Source: Acidimicrobiales bacterium
GTDB lineage: Bacteria; Actinomycetota; Acidimicrobiia; Acidimicrobiales; Aldehydirespiratoraceae
DNA: 64,000 bases
NCBI GenBank assembly: GCA_049437325.1
Contig: JBMTIM010000004.1
Span: forward strand, 13,983 to 77,982
Direction of reading: 5' to 3'
Shown here: one piece after another, positions 18,259 to 27,479 of the stretch
Numbering within the stretch: position 1 is the first letter of the stretch
Layout: each line of letters opens with the position of its first letter
Program-made: the position numbers and the translations under genes
Notes under the pieces: generated by a model
Seen by the model: only the letters and a program-made list of their open reading frames with translations
What the model was told of the DNA's origin: nothing
The model's database searches: none

Positions 18259-18726
18259 ATGACCGCAGCTTTCGCCCCCGCCCCTCAGACCAGGTTCGTG
18301 CCCCGCACGCTTGCGCTCGTCCCCGAGACCGTCCCGAACGGTGGAATGCAGCCGAATGCTGTCGTTCCCTCTTCGCAGTCCGGCCAGACTGCCTCGATGG
18401 CGACTGTCCATTCGTTGCCGGTGCGGCCGTCACCGGCGGTGTACCGGCGTCGCCGCCTGGTTGCGCTTTCGATCCTGTTCGGATTGGTGTTGGGCATCGC
18501 CTCGTTCGTCTCGCAGGCGGAAGCGACACCGACCGCCGAGGGGCAGCGCGCAGCGTCGATCACGATCATCGTGCAACCCGGCGACACGCTGTGGGGTATC
18601 GCGTCCTCCCTCGACCCCGACGGGGACCCTCGCCGCCTCATCGGTGAACTCGAGCGGATCGCCGGCAATGGGGTGCTCCAGCCAGGGCAGCAACTCGTGA
18701 TCCCCGGCCACGTCGTCGGAACCTGA
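18259..18726 (+). CDS. LysM-domain membrane protein, candidate SOS cell-division inhibitor (ChiZ / YneA-like)
   Basis: TM segment LVALSILFGLVLGIASFV followed by a C-terminal LysM domain (IIVQPGDTLWGIASSL...GQQLVIPG). Divergent from lexA and preceded by LexA boxes. The start is uncertain (18145, 18259 or later Met codons). Confidence 0.7.
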   Translation: MTAAFAPAPQTRFVPRTLALVPETVPNGGMQPNAVVPSSQSGQTASMATVHSLPVRPSPAVYRRRRLVALSILFGLVLGIASFVSQAEATPTAEGQRAASITIIVQPGDTLWGIASSLDPDGDPRRLIGELERIAGNGVLQPGQQLVIPGHVVGT

Positions 18727-18750
18727 GGCGGGTCCTGCCGCCACAGATAC

Positions 18751-19593
18751 TCAGCGACGGATGTAACGGGCGACGAGCACGCTGTCGTGTTCGAGGAGCC
18801 GGTCGAGTCGCATCTCGTGGTTGATTTCGAACGTTTCGCTGTGTGCGATGCGCACACTGCTGCCGCTCACCAGATTGGGTGAGATCGACAAACAGAGCTC
18901 GTCGACGAGTCCGGCATCGAAAAATTGGCCGTTCAGCGACGGCCCACCCTCTACCAGCACGACGCGTGCACCGCGCCCTGCGAGTTCTGCGACCACCGCA
19001 TCGGGGGACGGACGATCTCCAGGAAGATGAGCCCACTCGGCCCGATCGCCGATGTCGGCCATTCGGTCGACGGGTGGCGCATGGCCGGTGAGCACGAGTG
19101 GCGGCTCGTCGTCGGGGTCCTGATCGGCAAAGAGTGGTAGATCGGGATCGAGATCGACCGATGCAGTCACGACGGCGAGCCGTGCCACCGGTGAACGGCC
19201 GGTCGCTTGCCGAACCGCGGCCACCTCAGGACTCGTGCGGGGGAGGCGGTAACGTTCGGCCCGAACCGTCCCTGCTGCGGCCACGATCCAGTCGCAGCTG
19301 GCGCGGATGGCCCGGAAGGCCTGGCGGTCTCCGTCACCACCCAAGCCCCCACTCACGCCAGCGATCGAGGAACCGCCGTCGAGGCTGGCCACCATGTTCA
19401 TCATGATCCATGGTCGAGTGGCAGTCCCCGGCCGCTCGTCGAACGGATAGAGCGTCAGTGGGTCGATGTCGTCGATCGGATCGGGGAGCAACTGCCGCAC
19501 GAAGACAGACCGTAGCGTCCGCCGCTGTGGAGGATTGTGGAGAACACCGGCGAAATCCCCGCAAAATCCACATGCAGTCCCCTTTTCGTTCAC
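18751..19593 (-). CDS. RibD C-terminal domain / dihydrofolate-reductase-family pyrimidine reductase-like protein
   Basis: MNMVASLDGG...RAIRASCDWIVAAAGTVRAERY...VEGGPSLNGQF is typical of the RibD_C reductase fold. An in-frame GTG at 19500 is an alternative start. Confidence 0.75.
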   Translation of the reverse strand: MNEKGTACGFCGDFAGVLHNPPQRRTLRSVFVRQLLPDPIDDIDPLTLYPFDERPGTATRPWIMMNMVASLDGGSSIAGVSGGLGGDGDRQAFRAIRASCDWIVAAAGTVRAERYRLPRTSPEVAAVRQATGRSPVARLAVVTASVDLDPDLPLFADQDPDDEPPLVLTGHAPPVDRMADIGDRAEWAHLPGDRPSPDAVVAELAGRGARVVLVEGGPSLNGQFFDAGLVDELCLSISPNLVSGSSVRIAHSETFEINHEMRLDRLLEHDSVLVARYIRR

Positions 19594-19620
19594 ATGGAAC
19601 CATCCGTAGATTGGCAGTCG

Positions 19621-19763
19621 CTGTGGCGGACGGATCGCCTCTGGATGGTGGTGGTCGAGTCGTCTCGATGAGTCGAAGGGCGCCTTGGGGTCCTACGCCA
19701 AGGGGGGTGTGGGGATGTCGCTTTCATGTGAACCCTTTACCCGGAGGGATCCGACCGCCACAG
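19621..19763 (+). other. Long-range inverted repeat / structured element in the nrdJ 5' region
   Basis: Left arm 19621-19644 pairs with right arm 19741-19763 for 22 bp (one A-A mismatch, one bulged G, one G-U), enclosing about 96 nt with internal hairpins (e.g. CCTTGG...CCAAGG). Confidence 0.6.
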
Positions 19764-19885
19764 CCATCTGTTCCTGCGGTAGGAAGCGAACGATCTTCGT
19801 CCCGTCTTCGACCGCACCGAGGCGATGAAAGCTCAATAGGGTTGATCACCTCGAAGTCTCGCAGCACGACGAAAGGCCCGACGCC

Positions 19886-22642
19886 ATGGCGATCGCCTCG
19901 CAGCACACCGGCCTCGGACTGAGGCGGCGTTTCACGTCGGTTGCGTGCGACCCCTACGACGACGTGAACTGGGAGCGTCGCGACGCTCGACTGACCGATT
20001 ATCGCGACGGTTCGATCGCGTTCGAACAACTCGCAGTCGAAGTACCGGTCGAGTGGTCACAGAACGCCACCAACATCTTGGCCCAGAAGTACTTCCGTGG
20101 GTCGCTCGGAACGCCCGAGCGCGAAGACTCCCTCCGTCAGGTGATCGATCGAATCGTCGGTGCGATCACCGAGTGGGGTAGCCGTGACGGGTACTTTGTC
20201 GACGGGGCGGAAGCCGAGACCTTTCGGGCCGAGTTGACGCACCTGCTCGCCACGCAGAAGGTGGCCTTCAACTCGCCCGTGTGGTTCAACATCGGCGTCG
20301 AGGGGGTTCCTCAACAGGCATCGGCCTGCTTCATCTTGAGCGTCGACGATCACATGGACTCGATTCTCAACTGGTACGCCGAGGAGGGCCGCATCTTCAA
20401 GGGCGGCTCCGGTGCGGGCGTCAACCTGTCGAACATCCGCTCGAGCAGGGAGCCTCTCGAAGGTGGCGGAACCGCAAGTGGTCCGGTCAGCTTCATGCGA
20501 GGTGCCGATGCGTCTGCCGGGACCATCAAGTCGGGGGGCAAGACTCGTCGTGCCGCCAAGATGGTCCTTCTCGACGCCGATCATCCAGATGTCGAGGAGT
20601 TCATCTGGTGCAAGGCGTTGGAGGAGCGCAAAGCGAGGGCGCTCGCAGCCGCCGGCTTCGACATGAGCCTCGACGGTGCCGACATCCATTCCGTTCAATA
20701 CCAGAATGCAAACAACTCGGTACGGGTCACCGACGACTTCATGCAGGCCGTTGTCGACGATGCCGACTGGGCCCTCGTCGCCCGAACATCGGGTGAGACG
20801 ATCGAGACCCTCAGAGCGCGAGACCTGTTTCGTCAGATCGCACAGGCTTCGTGGGAGTGTGCCGACCCCGGCGTGCAGTTCGCCACCACGATCAATCACT
20901 GGCACACCGCTCCGAACACCGGTCCGATCAACGCCAGCAACCCGTGCTCGGAGTACGTCCATCTCGACGACTCGGCATGCAACCTGGCGTCGCTCAACCT
21001 CCTGGCCTTCCTCACTGGCGACGACGTCGACGGCTTCGACGTCGACGGGTTCATGCACGCCGTGCGGGTCGTGTTCACCGCACAGGAGATCCTCGTCGGC
21101 AACGCCGACTATCCGACGCAACAGATTGCCGAGACCACTCGGGCGTTCCGGCAACTCGGCCTCGGCTACGCCAACCTCGGCGCCCTGCTGATGGCGCTCG
21201 GCCTGCCCTACGACAGCGATGCGGGCCGTGCCGTCGCCGCCGGCGTCACGGCCCTCATGACCGGTGAGGCGTACCGCACGTCGACCAGGCTCGCCGCCCG
21301 CATGGGGCCGTTCGCCGGCTTCGAGGTCAATCGCGAGCCGATGCTCAGGGTCCTCGACCACCATCGGGTTGCAGCCGCCGAGATCGACGAGGAGTTGGCG
21401 CCGCCCCGCATGCTCGACGCGGCCCGCCAGGCATGGGACGAGGTTTGTGAACGCGCCCAGGTTGGAGGTGTGCGCAACGCCCAAGCCACGGTGCTTGCGC
21501 CAACCGGCACCATCGGCTTGCTGATGGATTGCGACACCACCGGGATCGAGCCCGATCTCGGCCTCGTGAAGTTCAAACGACTGGTCGGTGGTGGGACGAT
21601 GAGCTTCGTCAACCAAACCGTGCCACGCGCGCTCCGCACACTCGGCTACGGGTCCGAAGCGATTGCCGCCATCGTGGACCACATCGCCGAGCACCAGACG
21701 GTGCTCGGCGCGCCGGGCCTTCGTCCCGAGCACGTGGCGGTGTTCGCCTGCAGCCTCGGGGACAATCCGATCCACTACCTCGGCCACGTGAAGATGATGG
21801 GCGCAGTCCAACCGTTCCTGTCGGGGGCGATCTCCAAGACGGTCAACATGCCCGAGGATGCATCGGTCGAAGAGATCGAACTCCTGCTCATCGAAGCGTG
21901 GCGACTCGGCCTCAAGGCAGTTGCGCTCTACCGTGACAACTGCAAGGTCGCGCAGCCCATGTCGGCCGGTTCCGACGACTCCACAGCAGTGGACGTCGAC
22001 GTGAACGCTGCCGATCCGACTGCAGCAGTTGCACGGGTTGTCGACAACGTCATCGGGCAACCGGTGCGTGAGAAGCTGCCGCGCAGTCGGGCCAGTCGGA
22101 CGTTCGAGTTCCGAGTGGCCGATTGCAAGGGCTTCGTCACCGTTGGCGAGTACGACGACGGTCGGCCCGGCGAGATCTTCGTCAGGGTCTCCAAGCAGGG
22201 TTCGACGCTGGCCGGCATCGTCGACGCGTTTGCAGTCTCGCTCAGTCATGGCCTCCAGTACGGCGTGCCGCTGTCGGCGTTCGTCGAGGCTTTCGTCGGA
22301 ATGCGATTCGAGCCGGCCGGGATGACCGACGATCCCGAGATCCGGATTGCCACCAGTCTCATGGACTACCTGTTCCGCAAGTTGGCGGTCATGTATCTCG
22401 ACTTCGAGGAGCGTGCTGCTCTCGGCATCCTGTCGACCGACGAGCGCACCGAACCAACGCTGCCAGGTGTGGTCGAGCAGGTCACCGAGACGGTGCAGGG
22501 ATCCGATGTGGCTCCCGACCCACCCTCGGGTCCGCCGCCGAGCGCCGATGCGCCGTTCTGCATGACCTGCGGCGTGCCGATGCAGCGGGCGGGTTCCTGC
22601 TACGTCTGCACCGACTGCGGCACCACCAGCGGCTGTAGCTGA
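19886..22642 (+). CDS. nrdJ: Vitamin B12-dependent ribonucleotide reductase (class II)
   Basis: 918 aa. DPYDDVNWERRDA...AQKYFRG N-terminus, NPCSEY active-site loop, C-terminal Cys-rich tail (CMTCG...CYVCTDCG). Confidence 0.95.
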   Translation: MAIASQHTGLGLRRRFTSVACDPYDDVNWERRDARLTDYRDGSIAFEQLAVEVPVEWSQNATNILAQKYFRGSLGTPEREDSLRQVIDRIVGAITEWGSRDGYFVDGAEAETFRAELTHLLATQKVAFNSPVWFNIGVEGVPQQASACFILSVDDHMDSILNWYAEEGRIFKGGSGAGVNLSNIRSSREPLEGGGTASGPVSFMRGADASAGTIKSGGKTRRAAKMVLLDADHPDVEEFIWCKALEERKARALAAAGFDMSLDGADIHSVQYQNANNSVRVTDDFMQAVVDDADWALVARTSGETIETLRARDLFRQIAQASWECADPGVQFATTINHWHTAPNTGPINASNPCSEYVHLDDSACNLASLNLLAFLTGDDVDGFDVDGFMHAVRVVFTAQEILVGNADYPTQQIAETTRAFRQLGLGYANLGALLMALGLPYDSDAGRAVAAGVTALMTGEAYRTSTRLAARMGPFAGFEVNREPMLRVLDHHRVAAAEIDEELAPPRMLDAARQAWDEVCERAQVGGVRNAQATVLAPTGTIGLLMDCDTTGIEPDLGLVKFKRLVGGGTMSFVNQTVPRALRTLGYGSEAIAAIVDHIAEHQTVLGAPGLRPEHVAVFACSLGDNPIHYLGHVKMMGAVQPFLSGAISKTVNMPEDASVEEIELLLIEAWRLGLKAVALYRDNCKVAQPMSAGSDDSTAVDVDVNAADPTAAVARVVDNVIGQPVREKLPRSRASRTFEFRVADCKGFVTVGEYDDGRPGEIFVRVSKQGSTLAGIVDAFAVSLSHGLQYGVPLSAFVEAFVGMRFEPAGMTDDPEIRIATSLMDYLFRKLAVMYLDFEERAALGILSTDERTEPTLPGVVEQVTETVQGSDVAPDPPSGPPPSADAPFCMTCGVPMQRAGSCYVCTDCGTTSGCS

Positions 22643-22751
22643 CGCGTTCGGCGGCGAGGGTCGATGAAGTCGGCTGCGGAGCAGCTTCCGAGCCGTCCGA
22701 GGGTGGCGATCGAAGGCACGAGTCGCCGATGGTTGCGCCCGTCGTGACGGG

Positions 22752-24668
22752 GTGGGACATACTCGCCGGATGAGCGAACTCGACCCCCGTGCTGCCAAGC
22801 CGGCCACCGACCACACCGCCACCGTCAACGCAGCGCACGGCGCAGCCCTGGACCTGGAGGACGACTGGGAGCGGGCAACTCGGGGCCTGATCGCGCAGCA
22901 CGAGACCGGAGAGATCGAAGGGCCACTCGGACTCGCATGGGACGTCAAGGACTACGACTTCCTTCGCCAGCGTGAGGATGCACCCGATTCGGTGCATCCG
23001 AGCCTGTGGCGGCACGGGCGCCACAATGCGATACACGGTCTGTTCGAGGTGGCCGACAGGGTCTGGCAGGCGCGTGGCTATGACATCTCGAACATCACGT
23101 TCATCGCTGGTGACGACGGCTGGGTCGTGATCGATCCGTTGACCACCGCCTTCACGGCACGAGCGTGTCTCGACCTGGCGAATGCCACGCTCGGTGCGCG
23201 CCGAGTCACCACGGTGCTGTACACCCACAGTCACGTCGATCACTACGGCGGGATCTTGGGCGTCGTCGACAAGTCTGCAGTCGACAGGGGTGACGTGCGG
23301 ATCCTGGCGCCGGAGGGTTTTCTGCGAGAAGCGGTGTCCGAGAACCTGATCGCAGGTCCCGCAATGGCTCGTCGTGCCTTCTACCAGTTCGGCACGCTCC
23401 TGCCGATGGGGCCGCAGGGCCACATCGACAGTGGTCTCGGCAAGGGGATCCCTCGTGCCGCGCCGGATCTGATTGCCCCGACCGAGGAGATCAGCCTCAC
23501 CGGGACCGAGCTGCTACTCGACGGCGTACGTGTCGTGTTCCAGAACACGCCGGGAACCGAGGCCCCGGCCGAGATGAACTTCATGTTTCCCGACCTCGGT
23601 GCGCTGTGCATTGCGGAGAACTGCACCCACACGATGCACAACACCCTGCCGTTTCGCGGTGCGCAAGCCCGTGACACGCTGAGTTGGAGCAAGTACATCC
23701 AGGAAGCGCTCGATCTGTTCGGCAGTGCCATGGACGTCATGTTCTCGACCCACAACTGGCCGCGCTTCGGTCACGACGACGCCGTCCGCTATCTCGAACT
23801 CCAGCGGGACATGTACCGGTGGCTGCACGACCAAACGATGCGGCGGGCGAATCACGGCATGACGATGCGCGAGATTGCCGAAGACCTCGTCCAGCCGGCC
23901 TGCTTCCTGAACCAGAGCCACACCCGCGGCTACTACGGCACGGTCAGTCACAACGCCAAGGCGATCTACCAGCGCTATCTCGGCTGGTACGACGGCAACC
24001 CGGCCCACCTCAATCCCCACCCCCCCGAGGAGAGCGCCACCCGCTATGTGCAGGCCATGGGTGGGCGAGAGGCAGTGCTCGCCGAGGCTCGACGGGCATA
24101 TGAGCGAGGCGACTACCGATGGGCCAGCGAGGTGCTCAACCATCTCGTGTTCGCCGACCCGGAGTTCGAGGCGGGTCGGCTGCTGCAGGCCGACACCTTC
24201 GAACAGATGGGGTACCAGTCGGAATCGGGGCCGTGGCGAGACTCCTATCTGATGGGAGCGATGGAGCTCCGGACTGGCAGCAAAGGTCTCGGCATGGGAG
24301 GCGGTCGCTCGATCACCGATCAGCTCGATGTCGGCATGCTCGTCGAACTCATCGGTGTGCGACTGCAGTCAGAGCATCTCGACGGCGAGTCCTTCGAGAT
24401 CAACTGGCACTTCACCGATGTCGACGAACATCATGCAATCGGTCTCGACAACTGCGCGATCCATCACCGAGCTGGGATCAGGCTCGACGGTGCCGAGGCC
24501 TCGCTCACGTCGACCAAGATGGACCTGGCTCGCCTGTTGAAAGGTGAGATCGGCGTCGATGACTTCCTGTCGTTGACGGGTGTGTCCGTCGAGGGTGAGG
24601 CGTCTGTGCGCACGCTGCTCGGCAACCTCGACTCGTTCAGCGGTTTCTTCGGGATTGTCGAGCCCTAG
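22752..24668 (+). CDS. Alkyl/aryl-sulfatase, MBL-fold with SCP2-like C-terminal domain (SdsA1/BDS1 family)
   Basis: MBL motif THSHVDHYGG, a conserved dimerisation region (YLGWYDGNPAHL) and a C-terminal SCP2-like domain. The ATG at 22770 is an alternative start. Confidence 0.85.
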   Translation: MGHTRRMSELDPRAAKPATDHTATVNAAHGAALDLEDDWERATRGLIAQHETGEIEGPLGLAWDVKDYDFLRQREDAPDSVHPSLWRHGRHNAIHGLFEVADRVWQARGYDISNITFIAGDDGWVVIDPLTTAFTARACLDLANATLGARRVTTVLYTHSHVDHYGGILGVVDKSAVDRGDVRILAPEGFLREAVSENLIAGPAMARRAFYQFGTLLPMGPQGHIDSGLGKGIPRAAPDLIAPTEEISLTGTELLLDGVRVVFQNTPGTEAPAEMNFMFPDLGALCIAENCTHTMHNTLPFRGAQARDTLSWSKYIQEALDLFGSAMDVMFSTHNWPRFGHDDAVRYLELQRDMYRWLHDQTMRRANHGMTMREIAEDLVQPACFLNQSHTRGYYGTVSHNAKAIYQRYLGWYDGNPAHLNPHPPEESATRYVQAMGGREAVLAEARRAYERGDYRWASEVLNHLVFADPEFEAGRLLQADTFEQMGYQSESGPWRDSYLMGAMELRTGSKGLGMGGGRSITDQLDVGMLVELIGVRLQSEHLDGESFEINWHFTDVDEHHAIGLDNCAIHHRAGIRLDGAEASLTSTKMDLARLLKGEIGVDDFLSLTGVSVEGEASVRTLLGNLDSFSGFFGIVEP

Positions 24669-25456
24669 CGGCCCTTCCAGCGCGGCGGCCCGTCGTCGGT
24701 GCCGAACCGGCCGGGACCGTCGGCTGCGTCCTCCGACGCCAGCATCTGTTGGTAGATCGACAGGTCGCCGGAACGCATCGAGGTGAACGCATCGTCGAGC
24801 GAACGATGCGAGGTCGATCGGTCGATCTCCATGATCGCTCCCACCGCAAGGGGTGCTGAAGCCAGAATTCGGTCGGCCAACTCACGAGCAGCCTCCATGA
24901 GCTGATCGCCGGGAACCATCGCGTTGACCAGACCCCAGCGAAGGGCGTCGTCGGCGTCCAAGCGGCGCCCGGCGTACAGGACCTCGTTCGCGATCACGGG
25001 CGGCAGCTGGCGGGGCAGGCGGATGGCGCCGGCATCGGGAATGATGCCGAGCCCTGCTTCGGGCAACCAGAAGCGAGCATGTTCCGCTGCCACCACGAAT
25101 TCGGCTGCCATGGCGATTTCGAAGCCTCCGCCGACCGCCATGCCGTTGACGGCGCAGATGACCGGCTTGGTTCGGTTCGGCAGTTCGACGAACCCACCGA
25201 ACCCTCCTTCGCCGTAGTCGGCTTCGAACGCCTCGCCGTCGGCGGCGGCGTGGAGATCCCACCCCGCCGAGAAGAAGCGGTCGCCGCCCCCGGTCAAGAT
25301 CGCGACACGCAGCGTCGGATCGTCTCGGAAGTCGGCGAAGACATGGCTCATCTCTCGACTCGTGGCTGCGTCGATGGCGTTTGCCTTGGGTCGATCGAGA
25401 ACGACCTCGAGGATGGTTCCGTCGCCGGTGATCGTGGTGTGAACTGCATCAGGCAT
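24665..25456 (-). CDS. caiD: Carnitinyl-CoA dehydratase / crotonobetainyl-CoA hydratase (crotonase family)
   Basis: Near-colinear with my recollection of E. coli CaiD: LDRPKANAID, FFSAGWDL, AVNG..GGGFE, ending WKGR. ATG at 25456 preceded by GAGAGGA. Confidence 0.85.
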   Translation of the reverse strand: MPDAVHTTITGDGTILEVVLDRPKANAIDAATSREMSHVFADFRDDPTLRVAILTGGGDRFFSAGWDLHAAADGEAFEADYGEGGFGGFVELPNRTKPVICAVNGMAVGGGFEIAMAAEFVVAAEHARFWLPEAGLGIIPDAGAIRLPRQLPPVIANEVLYAGRRLDADDALRWGLVNAMVPGDQLMEAARELADRILASAPLAVGAIMEIDRSTSHRSLDDAFTSMRSGDLSIYQQMLASEDAADGPGRFGTDDGPPRWKGR

Positions 25457-27479
25457 GGTCGTCCTCTCGAACGATGATCGCATCCACGGCGACAGCTCGC
25501 TCGTCGGTGATGATCACGGGATTCAGTTCGATCTCTCGAATGTGTCGGTTGGTCGAGACGAGTTCGCTCAGCCCGGCGATCAAGGACCGAAGCGCCACCG
25601 TGGAGATCGGCGGGACACCACGGAAACCGTCGAAGCGTGGACCGATGCGCAACGATCGCAGGGCAGCATCGATCTCGTCGTCGGTTGCTGCGAGCAGCAA
25701 CGAGACCGTGTCTCGGTCGAGTTCGGTGTGGACCCCTCCCGCCCCCAGCGTCAGCAACCATCCCAGCGGGTATTCGGCACGCAGGTTGACCAGCACTTCG
25801 AGTCGACTGTCGCCGATGAACTGCTCCACGAGAAGTTCGGGCCCGAGGCCGTCGAGTTGCTCGACGGCCGCCCTCACCTCGTCGGCGTTTCGAAGATCGA
25901 GGTGCACACCGGCGCTGTCGGATTTGTGATCGAGTCCGGCGATCTTGACGGTGACGGGATACCCCACGGCGTCCGCTGCCGAGACAGCCGCAGCCGGTTG
26001 GGCGGCCACGACCCTCGTGTTCGGGACGTCGAGGCCGGCGCTGGCCAACAGGCGTTTGGCAGCGGCTTCTCCGATCGAGACGGTGGGTGCGGGTGCGGGT
26101 GCGGGCAGCGGCAGACTCGCAGCGGTCAGTGGTCGACTCGTCGCTTCGAGTGCACGCAACGTCGTGTCGATGTCGGCAACCGTCGCCAGCCCGTGATCGT
26201 TGGCCCAGCGGCGTACCTCGAGCGGGAGGCCCTCCGCCATCGATGCGGTGACGACTCCGGGGGTATGGGTTGTCGAGGATGCTGCGGCAAAGGCCTCGAG
26301 CGTCGGCCACCAACTCGTTGCGTCGAGATCGGACCTGGGGAAGTCCACCACGAGCATGGCGGCATCGTGGGGACCAGCGAGGGTTTCGGTGAAGCATGCC
26401 GTGAGCCGGTCACGGTCACCCCAGATGAAGGTGTGGTAGTCGAACGGGTTGCTGATCGCGACGAACTCGTTCAGCGTCGCAGCGATCCGCGCTCGGTGCT
26501 CGGGAGCGAACGGCGCAAAGTCGAGATCGAGCGACTCGGCACGATCGGCCACCAACGATGCCTCGCCTCCCGAGCAACTGAGCGAAACGATGCGGTTGCC
26601 CGGCAGGGGGCCGATCATTGCGCCGACGTGCAAGGTGTCGAGGAACTCGGGCACCGACCGGACCCGACGAACGCAGCACCGATCGAAGAGTGCGTCGTAT
26701 GCGTCGTCGCTGCCGACCATCGACGAGGTGTGTGACGCTGCGATTGCGGCGCCCTGGGCCGATGCTCCTGTCTTGAGAGCCACAACGGGTATGCCGCGCT
26801 CGTTTGCGATGCTGGCAGCAGCTGCAAACGCTCGTGCGTCGGTGAGAGCTTCGATGTGCAGGCCGATGCCGGTGATGCGCGGGTCGGCGGCAAGCGCAGT
26901 CATGGCATCTTCGATCGTCACGTCGGCCTGGTTCCCCACGTTGATCAGCTGCGCAACGGCAAGGCTGCGTCGTTGCATCGTGAGGTTCACTGCGATGTTG
27001 CCCGACTGGGTGACGAAGCCGACTCCTCGCTCGCAGCGATCGAGACCCTGCTGGTCGGGCCAGAGCACGGCCCCGGTCGTCATCGAGATCGTGCCGTAAC
27101 AGTTGGGGCCGACGACGGCCATGGTCCCGGCACCGTGGACCAGATCGCGCTGCAGGTCACCCCCGGCGTCGTCGAGTTCGGCAAAGCCGGAGGCGTGGCA
27201 CACCGCAACGCCTGCCCCCAGTGCGCCGAGTGCTCGTATCGCTTCGACCGCAGCACCTCGGTTGACGCCGACGAAAACCGCGTCGGGTACACCCGGAAGA
27301 TCGTCAACCGTTGCAACGGTCGGGATGCCGCCGACCTCGTCGCGGGTGGGATGGACGGCCCACATCGGCCCCTCGAAACCCATTCGGATGGACTGTTCGA
27401 TCGCCCGTTCGGCGGCTGCACCGCCGATGAATGCAAGCGACTGCGGGTCGAGGAGTCGCGCCAGCCGATCGGACCTCAC
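25449..27479 (-). CDS. ADP-forming acyl-CoA synthetase (fused CoA-binding / succinyl-CoA-synthetase-like / ATP-grasp domains)
   Basis: 676 aa. N-terminal CoA-binding fold (LAFIGG...VFVGVN), ligase-CoA domain and C-terminal ATP-grasp. GTG start overlaps the upstream stop (GTGA). Confidence 0.8.
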   Translation of the reverse strand: MRSDRLARLLDPQSLAFIGGAAAERAIEQSIRMGFEGPMWAVHPTRDEVGGIPTVATVDDLPGVPDAVFVGVNRGAAVEAIRALGALGAGVAVCHASGFAELDDAGGDLQRDLVHGAGTMAVVGPNCYGTISMTTGAVLWPDQQGLDRCERGVGFVTQSGNIAVNLTMQRRSLAVAQLINVGNQADVTIEDAMTALAADPRITGIGLHIEALTDARAFAAAASIANERGIPVVALKTGASAQGAAIAASHTSSMVGSDDAYDALFDRCCVRRVRSVPEFLDTLHVGAMIGPLPGNRIVSLSCSGGEASLVADRAESLDLDFAPFAPEHRARIAATLNEFVAISNPFDYHTFIWGDRDRLTACFTETLAGPHDAAMLVVDFPRSDLDATSWWPTLEAFAAASSTTHTPGVVTASMAEGLPLEVRRWANDHGLATVADIDTTLRALEATSRPLTAASLPLPAPAPAPTVSIGEAAAKRLLASAGLDVPNTRVVAAQPAAAVSAADAVGYPVTVKIAGLDHKSDSAGVHLDLRNADEVRAAVEQLDGLGPELLVEQFIGDSRLEVLVNLRAEYPLGWLLTLGAGGVHTELDRDTVSLLLAATDDEIDAALRSLRIGPRFDGFRGVPPISTVALRSLIAGLSELVSTNRHIREIELNPVIITDERAVAVDAIIVREDDHA

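Noticed and set aside
19594-19885. Cobalamin riboswitch or NrdR boxes upstream of nrdJ.
   Set aside because: I could not find the B12-box (GCCACTG ... AGNCAGGANACCNGCC) or the GGGAA/GGTG core. Only a loose GCCACAG is present. The repeated CACATG motifs at 19569 and 19591 are not palindromic and are not spaced like NrdR boxes. The region is reported only as an unclassified structured element.
20057-22948. Very long antisense or alternative-frame ORFs (e.g. 20057..22948 -, 13931..16600 -, 12411..14480 -, 46071..48038 -, 1915..3459 -, 55448..57514 +).
   Set aside because: They lie opposite or out of frame to genes with unambiguous family motifs. Their translations are Arg/Pro/Gly-rich low-complexity strings typical of stop-codon-poor high-GC DNA. 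None shows a recognisable domain.
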